From IMG/VR virus record IMGVR_UViG_3300037791_000001, positions 1 to 44,246 of that record: a DNA stretch of 44,246 bases. One strand, given 5' to 3'. Position numbers and translations under genes: made by a program. The DNA is from a virus. Its lineage: Duplodnaviria; Caudoviricetes. Below are positions 1-8,172 of the stretch, piece by piece (positions within the stretch are counted from its first letter, which is position 1; each line of letters opens with the position of its first letter). Under the pieces are notes generated by a model. The model was not told where the DNA came from. It made no database searches and was given only the letters and a program-made list of their open reading frames with translations.

Positions 1-127
1 GAGAAAGAAGTGCCCTGCCTCGTGCGCGAAGGTGGAGCGGTCGGCGCGCTCAAACAGGCGGATGACCGACTGCTCGCTATCGAGCCCGCCGCCGGGGAAT
101 GTGATCGAACCACGTGGCGCGGCCCCC
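1..127. repeat. Terminal direct repeat (copy 1), circular-assembly overlap
   Basis: 1-127 is identical to 44120-44246. It lies inside a continuous ORF, and 127 is a common maximum assembler k-mer. Confidence 0.95.
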
Positions 128-3100
128 TCGGGCCGCTGTTCGAAAGTTCGGGGGGCAGCTACCGTCAGCTCTGCTGCGTTTGCTCGGTCTCGGGCTGTAA
201 GGCCGAGGTTGTCGAGGGCTGTGTCGCTGAGGCCTGCGACGATCTCCGCAAGCCTGCGAGCGCGGGATGAAAGTGCGTCAGCTCCATCCGGCGACGCAGC
301 TCCTGCATCCGCGATGCGTCTGGCTGCGGATGCGCCCTCAGCTCCCTCGCCACTCGAGCTCCCAATAGCATCTGCGAATTGCGATCCATCGCTTGCAGCT
401 CGTCCATCGAGTAGGCCAGCAGGGCCGCGTCCAAAGTAGTCATCGATTGCTCGTTCATTTGATCCTCCTTCCAGCCGTAATAGGCCGGGGGTCTCGGTTG
501 TGGTGAAGCCAAGATCCAGAAGTAGATCATAGATCAGGCTATCAGCATCTGCAACCGCTTCGGTCACGCCGCTGCGCATCGCGTCAAGGATGGCGACAGT
601 CTCGCCAAGCCCTTCAGTGCCGCGTTCGTTGTTAATGAGTGAGGTCAGACGCATCGCGCCGTCGACCATCTCCGCGCCATAGAAGACGCGGGCTTCGCCG
701 ATCTGAGCGAGCTGCACCTCACCCGCCTTGATTGCCGCGTTCAAGGCTTTGGCATCGGGGCGCACAGGCGTGGCACCGGCGGTGGCAGCTTCGTTGAGGT
801 AATCTTGCGGGCCGATGCCACCTTTGTTCTTTGCGACCCCAGACCGGCGCATCTCGTCGCCAATCAGGCTGGCAACGAGGCGAGCATGCAGCGGAGTTTG
901 GACACCGGGAGCGGCGGCATCTGCCACCTGCGCGGCAAGCTGAGGCGTGACCTCGACAATCGGTCGGGACAGTTCAAAGGCGCGGCGTGGATTATCCTTG
1001 TCGGCGTTCTCCATCATCCACGACGACCACAGGGTACGCCAGCTCAGCGGCGTCTCCAGCCTGCCGACGACCTTGCCGCGCATGCCAAGCGGAAAGTCGG
1101 GATGCGCAGTCGTGCCCTCGGTGCCGAGGTCGACAAACGACCCGCCGCCCGCGCCCCGGTCGAGCTGCACGATCAGAACTCCGTCGCCCCAGTTCATGCC
1201 GGTCAGAGACTGCTCTCGTGTCTCGTCGAGGATACGCTGCACTGACGGGCCACCCATCCCTTCAATCTCTTTGGTCGCGAACAACTTCATGAGTTGTTTG
1301 CGGGTATCGAAGGAGACGCGGTGCGTGTAATCTAGCAGGGCTTGACGGTTATCGAAGCCGGGGAACTCGCGCACCTGACGGCGGATCAGCTCGGTTTGTT
1401 GTTTGCCGGGTTTGGCATCTATCTGCCAGCTCTGCAGAAAAGCGGTGATTGCAGCCGTATCTGGGGGCGTGCTCGACTGCATTTTAGCAAAAAACGTCTG
1501 GAGATAAGCGTAAGACACGGTGGTGTTTGAGATGTGCATGTTCTGATCGCCCATCAGAACCATCATGTGCGTCGCGCCTTCGGAAAGCTTGTTCTCCTTT
1601 GCGCCCTTAACGGCAGCGCCCCGGTTTGCCCAGACCACGTCATTGACCCAGTTTGACAAGCGCAGCGGAAAGAATGGGCCGCCCAGCAGCGGCACCGCGA
1701 TGTCCAGCTCGGCACCCTCAATGCCACGATATAGCGCGGCTGCTGCGGTGCGGTCAGCGATGGTCGGGAAAATTTTCATGCCGACAAGATCGTTAGCCGT
1801 CAGAACTGGAACCAAATCGTCGGAGACCAGCGTATCAAGCTGATCAAAGTCTAGCACTTCGCCGCCGGCGGCTTCGACGCGTGCGACCAGCTCGGCCTCC
1901 TGCGCTTCCAGCGTTGCTCCTGCCTCAACGTCTGCCTCGATCTGCGCATCTTGCGCAGGGGTACTGTCAGGCTCAGTAAGCGGAGCGGATTGCTCAAACG
2001 TCGGCCCGGCGGCTGCCGGTGCGACCACATCCTCGAGCGCCTGCAGCGCCGCGGTCAAGCGCTGGGCATCCTCGGCGCTGATCGTCCCCGTCTCGTCGAC
2101 AGGTACGCCGAGGGTCTGCAGCGCCAGCGTCACCTCGGGCGTGATGGGCAGCGTGACCGGTCCACCGGCCTGCGCCTGCGTGATCGCGTCGTTGATGATG
2201 GCGACGGTCTCGTCGGGGATCTGCAGCTGCGCGGCCTCTGCCGCAGCCTCGGCGCGCGCCATCTGGCGCGGGCCCTCGACCCGGAAACCGAAACGACGAT
2301 ACAGGTCGAGCCCACTGTCCTCGCCATAGCGCTGGGCCATGGTCTCAAAAAACGCAGTTGACAGCGCGGCGTTGGCCTCTGCCTCGCGCTGTGACCGACC
2401 TGCGCTCCGCAGCTGCCCATAGATCGCGTCGTAGACCTGCCGGCGCTCCGGGGCCATTTCAGCCATCCGGCTCTGCTCTTGGATCTGCTGTTGGATCTCG
2501 TTGTAGGTCTGGTTGATGGTTTGCGCCTCGGCAGGTGTCGACCCTGCGGGCGTGAACGAACCGTTCTCGCGCAGGAAGTCGCCATCGGTGCCGCGCAGCC
2601 CGGCGCGCGCAAGGCCCTCTGCGGTCACAGAGATGCGCCCGCCAGAGGCCAGCGCCGCCTCAAAGTCTTCAGCGGTGCCGCCGAGCTTGACGACCTCAGT
2701 GACCGGGTCTTTGTTCTGGCTCTGGAAATAGGTGTTGAGGTCTTCGGCTTGGAAGAACACCGGCACCCGGCTCAGGCCAAGGCGCTCCGCCAGCTGCTGG
2801 AACTTGGTCGGGGAACGCTGCGCCAGCTGCAGATCCTGCGTGACGTTGGCCAGCTCATCCATGTTCTGCACAGTTTGCCCAGCGTCGCGCAGCTCGCGCG
2901 AGATCCGCTCGAGCACGATCTGCTGCCGCGCGCCCATGCCGCCGCCGACGATACCACCGCCGACCATACCGGCCATGGCGGCGTTGAAGGCTTCCAGCAG
3001 GGTCTCGTCAGTCCAGCGGAAGTCCTCGCCCTCGACGCCTGCCCTCTGCAAGAAGTATTGCGCGCCCTCTTGGAAGAACTCTTCGACGCCGCTGCCAATC

Positions 3101-4224
3101 ACTTCGCGACCGATGCGGCGCAGGTAGCCTTGGGACACGCGGTTCAGTACCTCTTGGCTGACCTCGCCGTATGCCTCGCGGGTCAGAGCTCTGCCTGCAG
3201 CTCCGCGCACAAAGCGCGCCGATGGGCCCAGCGCGATCTCGGTCAGGCCAGACAAGGTGCCGAACAGGCCCGCGCGGGCGATCTCTTCTGTGGTGTAGGG
3301 GGCGTCTTGGATCGCTTGCTCTGCGGTGATCCCGGTGAAGCCGCGCAGCGTGCCGTAGCTAAACACCGCGGTGCCCGCGCCCACAGGACCGCCCACCAAG
3401 AAGCCGCCTGCGCCGATCGCCAAGGAGCTGCCAGCGTCAATGACGGCTTGTGACCCCGTAAAGGATGCCCACTCGGCAAGGCTGCGGAAATCTCGGATGT
3501 CGGTGAAGTTGACCGTGCGGCCTGTCGCCAACAGGCCTTGGCTTTCGCTGTAATCGCGCAGCACGTCACGCAGATAGTTGACGCTGTCCTCGTTGCCCGC
3601 GATCACCTGTGCCACTCGGGCGCGCTCTGCGGCGCGCTGCTCGGGGTCCATGGCGGCATAGCGCTGCAGCTGAAGGATTGCTGCTCGCGCATTGCGTCCG
3701 TCCCCGGTGGCAAGCATCTCATAGTTTGGAATAACGCCCTCGTTGAGCTGATCCTCGAGAGCGCGCAGCGTGCCCAGATAGTCGATTGAGGCTTCGAGCG
3801 TAGGCTGCTGACCTGCCAGCTGAAGCGCAGGGCGCATGGATCGCATGCTCAGCCACCACGACCGGGCGGCTGCGGAGATGTTGCCAGAGCCGGTGGCGTC
3901 ACGCACAAGGCGCTCGCTGGTCAGCTCCCAGTCCACAATGCTGGGCACTTCGTCCAAGACGAGGCCTGAGTTTTCGGGGGCCTCGTTCATCCATTCGGTG
4001 GTGATCGGCCCAGCCAAGAGCGCGCCTGCGTTACGCTGCTCCTGATAGAGCCGCTGGAACCCGCCCGGATCTTGAACAACAGTCGACGGGGCAACCCCTG
4101 TCAGCAGCTGGCTTTCGACGGCGCGACCGATGACGTCGGGCGCGGCTTGTGCTGACGATGCGCTCTGCGCCGCCAGCCCTGCCGTCATGCGTTTGTTGTT
4201 CTCGATGAGCTCGAATAGGTTCAT
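1..4224 (-). CDS. Giant internal virion/ejection (gp16-position) polyvalent protein, N-terminal part; continues across the contig join to 40436 (total ~2635 aa)
   Basis: ATG at 4224 overlaps the upstream TGA (ATGA). My translation MNLFELIENNKRMTAG...RLFERADRSTFAHEAGHFFL stays open to base 1 and is in frame with ORF 40436..44074. Zincin HExxH at 10-24; glycine-rich hydrophobic segments near 2940-3430. Confidence 0.9.
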   Translation of the reverse strand, partial: MNLFELIENNKRMTAGLAAQSASSAQAAPDVIGRAVESQLLTGVAPSTVVQDPGGFQRLYQEQRNAGALLAGPITTEWMNEAPENSGLVLDEVPSIVDWELTSERLVRDATGSGNISAAARSWWLSMRSMRPALQLAGQQPTLEASIDYLGTLRALEDQLNEGVIPNYEMLATGDGRNARAAILQLQRYAAMDPEQRAAERARVAQVIAGNEDSVNYLRDVLRDYSESQGLLATGRTVNFTDIRDFRSLAEWASFTGSQAVIDAGSSLAIGAGGFLVGGPVGAGTAVFSYGTLRGFTGITAEQAIQDAPYTTEEIARAGLFGTLSGLTEIALGPSARFVRGAAGRALTREAYGEVSQEVLNRVSQGYLRRIGREVIGSGVEEFFQEGAQYFLQRAGVEGEDFRWTDETLLEAFNAAMAGMVGGGIVGGGMGARQQIVLERISRELRDAGQTVQNMDELANVTQDLQLAQRSPTKFQQLAERLGLSRVPVFFQAEDLNTYFQSQNKDPVTEVVKLGGTAEDFEAALASGGRISVTAEGLARAGLRGTDGDFLRENGSFTPAGSTPAEAQTINQTYNEIQQQIQEQSRMAEMAPERRQVYDAIYGQLRSAGRSQREAEANAALSTAFFETMAQRYGEDSGLDLYRRFGFRVEGPRQMARAEAAAEAAQLQIPDETVAIINDAITQAQAGGPVTLPITPEVTLALQTLGVPVDETGTISAEDAQRLTAALQALEDVVAPAAAGPTFEQSAPLTEPDSTPAQDAQIEADVEAGATLEAQEAELVARVEAAGGEVLDFDQLDTLVSDDLVPVLTANDLVGMKIFPTIADRTAAAALYRGIEGAELDIAVPLLGGPFFPLRLSNWVNDVVWANRGAAVKGAKENKLSEGATHMMVLMGDQNMHISNTTVSYAYLQTFFAKMQSSTPPDTAAITAFLQSWQIDAKPGKQQTELIRRQVREFPGFDNRQALLDYTHRVSFDTRKQLMKLFATKEIEGMGGPSVQRILDETREQSLTGMNWGDGVLIVQLDRGAGGGSFVDLGTEGTTAHPDFPLGMRGKVVGRLETPLSWRTLWSSWMMENADKDNPRRAFELSRPIVEVTPQLAAQVADAAAPGVQTPLHARLVASLIGDEMRRSGVAKNKGGIGPQDYLNEAATAGATPVRPDAKALNAAIKAGEVQLAQIGEARVFYGAEMVDGAMRLTSLINNERGTEGLGETVAILDAMRSGVTEAVADADSLIYDLLLDLGFTTTETPGLLRLEGGSNERAIDDYFGRGPAGLLDGRAASDGSQFADAIGSSSGEGAEGASAARRIADAGAASPDGADALSSRARRLAEIVAGLSDTALDNLGLTARDRANAAELTVAAPRTFEQRPEGAAPRGSITFPGGGLDSEQSVIRLFERADRSTFAHEAGHFFL
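165..458 (-). CDS. Putative overprinted 97-aa protein nested in an alternative frame of the giant gene
   Basis: AAGGAGG (470-464) lies 5 nt before ATG 458 (MNEQSMTTLDAALLAYSMDELQAMDRNSQMLLGARVARELR...). The host frame becomes Ala/Gly/Ser/Arg low-complexity over the same interval. Confidence 0.55.
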   Translation of the reverse strand: MNEQSMTTLDAALLAYSMDELQAMDRNSQMLLGARVARELRAHPQPDASRMQELRRRMELTHFHPALAGLRRSSQASATQPSTTSALQPETEQTQQS

Positions 4225-7214
4225 GGCAGCCTGCTTGCGTTGAGGAGGCGCATGATCTCATCAAACGCCAGCTGTTGTCCTTGCACCCCTTCGACGCCTG
4301 ACAGGCGCTGCAGGATCATTCTGCGATCCATATCGTCTAGCGTGCCTTGCAGTGGTACTGCCTGCAGTATGGCCAGCCCTTGCGGCTGGGTCAACGCAAT
4401 GGGAGCGCCGCCCGTAAAGCGCAGCTGCTGACCCATGTAGAGCACATAGTTCAGCGCTGTTGCTGGCGAGATCTGCAGCGCATCCGCGTTGTCGCCGCGC
4501 TCGGCAAACCACGGACGGAACTGCTGCTCGATGCGCTCAGTGGGCATGGGATCACTGCGGAAGGTGGTCTCCGGCGTCAGCTCAGGCGCTGGCATCTCTG
4601 CTGGCGGGGTGTACATCTGCTCCATCAGCGGCGAGCGCGGACGTGTCAATTCTGGCGGGGTGGTCGGTGCTTCCGGCGCGTTGTCACCCTCGAGCTGGGC
4701 ACGCACGATGTCGCCCGTCTCGACCATAGCCTGCAGCATCGCAGCGCCACCCGGGCCAGCCAACTGACCGCGGAATACGGTGTACACCTGCTCAAGCAGC
4801 GCCGAGGGTGTTGGCGGCACACCGTTGTTGCGGCGTGTGAGGTCGGTCTCGATCATGGCGATCGCTTCGGGGTTGATGTTGATCGTGCCGACGCCGGTGA
4901 TCGGGATGGACAAGCGCTCTTCGCCGGTGACCAGCTGATCGATCGTAAACCCTTCCTGATCGTCAATCGTCGAGATCAGCTCGAGGAACGAGGCGTCATC
5001 AAAGTCTGGCAGACCGCTGACATCGACGTCCTGCATCAGCTGACGCCCGATGTTGCCGATCATCTCGTCGAGCAGGGTCGGGTTCTCAACGATGCGTTGC
5101 CGCTGAGCGTCGGTCATCGATGCGAGCTGTGCACGCAGTTGCGGGCGCAGCAGGCGCAGTGCTTCTGCCTCCATGCGGGCAGAAACCTCGGCCCGCTCGG
5201 CAGCGTCGCTGTAACGCGCGGTCAGTCCGGCGTAGCCTTGGATCACATCGGGCAGCACGCCGTTGATGCGCGTCTGCGTGACCTCTGACATCAGCGTGTT
5301 GACGCCGCGCGCAGCCTCGCTTTCGGCCCCAGCTGTCGCGGTCTCGGCGCGCAAACTCTGCTGCAGGGTCTGCAAAGAACGGAAGTCGGAAACAGATAGA
5401 TCGGCCTGCGCTGCAATCAGCGCGCCCGGATCGTTGGCTGCGGCTGACCGAACCTCTGGCACCGGGCTGGTGAGGCGCGTGTACAGCTCGTTGTAGATCG
5501 ACTGGTCAGTCACACGTTCAGCACCACTCCGCACCTGCTCGATATATCTGCGAGCAGCTGCAGCATCGGTGCCCAGCGATTGGATTGCGTCTGGTGTCAG
5601 GTAGGTTGCCACGTCTCCCAGAACGCCGCTGCCTTCCTGCTGAGCGCGGTAGTCGATCTCGACCTGCGTGTAGATGTCGGTCAGGATCTGCGCGCGCTCA
5701 CGGCTTTGCATGGCGTCTTGGAACCGGATGTCCGCGACGTAAGCGTCTTGTGCTCGTGCGCGCACCTCTGGATCGGCGATTGAACTGATGTAGTCGCCGC
5801 CGGTGGCGGCAGCAGTCGTTGGTGACCATGACCCCCGCTGCATGCCGGAAGTCAACGCGCGCAGCTGCACCTCGTTGAGCCCGTTCCAGCCTGCCTCGTG
5901 CCCGTCATAGGTCCAGATCGTTGGGCTGTCGCCCTCGCGCATGTCAATGTGCATGGTGCCATTGCCGAAGCCGAAGCCGCGGAACCCGAGCTGCATCGCC
6001 TCCTGCACCAGCATCAGGCGCTCTTGGTAATTCATGTTCGTGATGTCGATGTCGAGCGCCGCACCTTGAAAGTGCTGCGATCCGGGTGTTTCACCCTCGC
6101 GGCTGGTGCCGGCGCGGGCGATCGCGTCGCGGATCACGAGCGTGCGGCCAAGGCGGCGCTGCAGCGTCATAAAGGGGCCGCGAATCATCTCGTCCATCGT
6201 GACGGCAGCGTCGGGATTGGTCAGGCGCGATGCGCCGTCCAGTGACCCCACCAGAGGGTTGGTGCCACCGGCAACCGCCAGAGGAATGCCGTTGTAGTCG
6301 ATGATTTGCGCGCCGCCGGAGCTGGCATTGCCCACCTGTGGCACGAACATCGGAGCGATGCCGGTGCGCTCGGTGACCGCGGCGGCCTCGGCCTCGCTCA
6401 ACGCGCGCTGGTTGATGTTGGCTTCGCGGATCTGGGGGTAAAGGTCGGCGTAGGTGTCGGGGTCGATCTGGTCGGCGTAGTCCTCCAGCAGCGCCATAGC
6501 GGCCCCGGGCTGCCGGAACTGCGGGCCAGCCAGCGCCGCCACACGAGCCCCCACAGCGGCAGTGAGCGCCTCCTGCTGTCGATTGCCTGCGGGCGTTCCC
6601 AGCTCGGTGCCGGTCTCTCCAGATAGTACGGAGGCTTGCGTGGTACTGGTCAGGATGCGCCCGACCTGCTGGTTAAACACCTCATCGTTGGTCGGGTTCG
6701 ACGTGATCTGGTCGAGTGCGTCCTCGATGTTGGCCTCAAGCAGACTGACCTCGTACTGCCGACGCTGCGAGGTCTCGTGCGAGATCGCGCGGGTGGCCGC
6801 AGACTGCGTTGCCTGCTGCAACTGCGCGCGCAGCGCCAGTCTGCCAGAGGCAGTCAGTCGCGGGCCGTACTTTTGCTCCATGTAAGCCGCGAACTCGTCA
6901 GCGTTGTTGAGTACACGTTCGGTTGCGCCGATGGCATTCCCGCCCTCTTGACGAAAAATCCCATCGTCGGCGTTGAATATCCCGTTGTTCCAGTCATTCG
7001 TTTCGTTTTGTGCCTCAAGCAGGACAGTCTCCCGCTCGCGGCGACCGAACTCTGCGGCGACGTTTCCAAGGGCCTCGCCGATGCGCCCGAGCTGGCGGGC
7101 GTTGAACGAGAGGTCAGGCAGCTGGGTCTGTTGGAAAGGCGTCTGAGCGGCGACCGCCTCTATGCCACCGAGCTGCTGAGGGCCTTGTGTTGCTGGTGTA
7201 GGTACGCGAACCAT
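4221..7214 (-). CDS. Internal virion/ejection protein (gp15 position) with peptidase M15 (LAS-family) peptidoglycan-peptidase domain
   Basis: 997-aa ORF in the ejection-protein slot. Motifs SQHFQGAALDI and GFRGFGFGNGTMHID match the SxHxxGxAxD...HxD signature of M15. Confidence 0.8.
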   Translation of the reverse strand: MVRVPTPATQGPQQLGGIEAVAAQTPFQQTQLPDLSFNARQLGRIGEALGNVAAEFGRRERETVLLEAQNETNDWNNGIFNADDGIFRQEGGNAIGATERVLNNADEFAAYMEQKYGPRLTASGRLALRAQLQQATQSAATRAISHETSQRRQYEVSLLEANIEDALDQITSNPTNDEVFNQQVGRILTSTTQASVLSGETGTELGTPAGNRQQEALTAAVGARVAALAGPQFRQPGAAMALLEDYADQIDPDTYADLYPQIREANINQRALSEAEAAAVTERTGIAPMFVPQVGNASSGGAQIIDYNGIPLAVAGGTNPLVGSLDGASRLTNPDAAVTMDEMIRGPFMTLQRRLGRTLVIRDAIARAGTSREGETPGSQHFQGAALDIDITNMNYQERLMLVQEAMQLGFRGFGFGNGTMHIDMREGDSPTIWTYDGHEAGWNGLNEVQLRALTSGMQRGSWSPTTAAATGGDYISSIADPEVRARAQDAYVADIRFQDAMQSRERAQILTDIYTQVEIDYRAQQEGSGVLGDVATYLTPDAIQSLGTDAAAARRYIEQVRSGAERVTDQSIYNELYTRLTSPVPEVRSAAANDPGALIAAQADLSVSDFRSLQTLQQSLRAETATAGAESEAARGVNTLMSEVTQTRINGVLPDVIQGYAGLTARYSDAAERAEVSARMEAEALRLLRPQLRAQLASMTDAQRQRIVENPTLLDEMIGNIGRQLMQDVDVSGLPDFDDASFLELISTIDDQEGFTIDQLVTGEERLSIPITGVGTININPEAIAMIETDLTRRNNGVPPTPSALLEQVYTVFRGQLAGPGGAAMLQAMVETGDIVRAQLEGDNAPEAPTTPPELTRPRSPLMEQMYTPPAEMPAPELTPETTFRSDPMPTERIEQQFRPWFAERGDNADALQISPATALNYVLYMGQQLRFTGGAPIALTQPQGLAILQAVPLQGTLDDMDRRMILQRLSGVEGVQGQQLAFDEIMRLLNASRLP

Positions 7215-7225
7215 TCAGTGCCCCC

Positions 7226-7723
7226 TTAAAATAGCAGATCAGCGTTGCGTGACGCCGACCCAAGCCCGGCACTGAGCCCGGCAAACCCGGGGCTGATGCT
7301 GCTGGCTTCCAAATCAAATAGGCCTGCCTGCGCTTCAAACTGCGTGCCCTGAATGCGGGCGCGGCGAGCTTCGCGGGCAATGTTGCCTTCGAGTGTGAGA
7401 ATGTCCATCTGCCCGGCGACGGTCAGATCATCGAGCAGCAAGGCTGGCGTGGTGCCCGGATCGTCATCCGTCAACAGCCCTGCACCAGCAATGGCAGATC
7501 TGGCGCTGCCGATGGTTTGGTTGAGGGCCTGACGGCGCTGTGCAAGGGCGATGTCGCCGCGCTGCTCGACGTCTTGTGCGTTCTGCTCAGCGATGATCGC
7601 GTTGTTGCGCGCGACCGCGGAGTTGTATTCGGCCTGCGCCTTCTGGGCGTTGGCTTGCTGCACGGCGCTGACCACGGTAACCGCGGTGGAGGCGATCGCA
7701 AGGACGGTTGCGCTGATACACAT
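7226..7723 (-). CDS. Small internal virion protein (gp14 position)
   Basis: N-terminal MC plus a hydrophobic stretch, Ala/Gln-rich helical body, located between the GNAT and the gp15-like gene. Confidence 0.75.
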   Translation of the reverse strand: MCISATVLAIASTAVTVVSAVQQANAQKAQAEYNSAVARNNAIIAEQNAQDVEQRGDIALAQRRQALNQTIGSARSAIAGAGLLTDDDPGTTPALLLDDLTVAGQMDILTLEGNIAREARRARIQGTQFEAQAGLFDLEASSISPGFAGLSAGLGSASRNADLLF

Positions 7724-8172
7724 TATGCGGCCTCCTTCTTATGCACGGTGCCGGCGCTCTCATAGCCCATGCGCTGCAATACGTTGCTGACACTCTGGTT
7801 GTCGACGCCAGCATACACGACAGGGCGCAGAACGTCAGCGGCGTTTTCGTGTGCCCACTTTTCGAAGGCCCGCAGCAGCATGACGCCTGCCCGTGACCCC
7901 CGATCCGCCTCGCGCACATAGAAGGCGTGGTCGACGGCGATCTGCACATCGATCCACAGATCCTGCACGATCTCGCCGACAAACGCGCCAACCAGCTCGT
8001 TCCGGATCTCGTACCCGATCGACAATGCCTCGGGCACCTCGATCAGCCGGGTCAGGATGAACGCGACACGGGCCTCGTCCATGGGGTAGGCGGCATAGAC
8101 GCCGGTGCGATGCATTTCGCGCGCCAGCTCAAGCAGCTGCGGCAGATCATCGTGGTTCAGGTCTCGGATCAT
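7723..8172 (-). CDS. GNAT-family acetyltransferase (gp13 position)
   Basis: MIRDLNHDDLPQL start, FYVREADRGSRAGVMLL (motif A), LQRMGYE. Confidence 0.85.
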   Translation of the reverse strand: MIRDLNHDDLPQLLELAREMHRTGVYAAYPMDEARVAFILTRLIEVPEALSIGYEIRNELVGAFVGEIVQDLWIDVQIAVDHAFYVREADRGSRAGVMLLRAFEKWAHENAADVLRPVVYAGVDNQSVSNVLQRMGYESAGTVHKKEAA

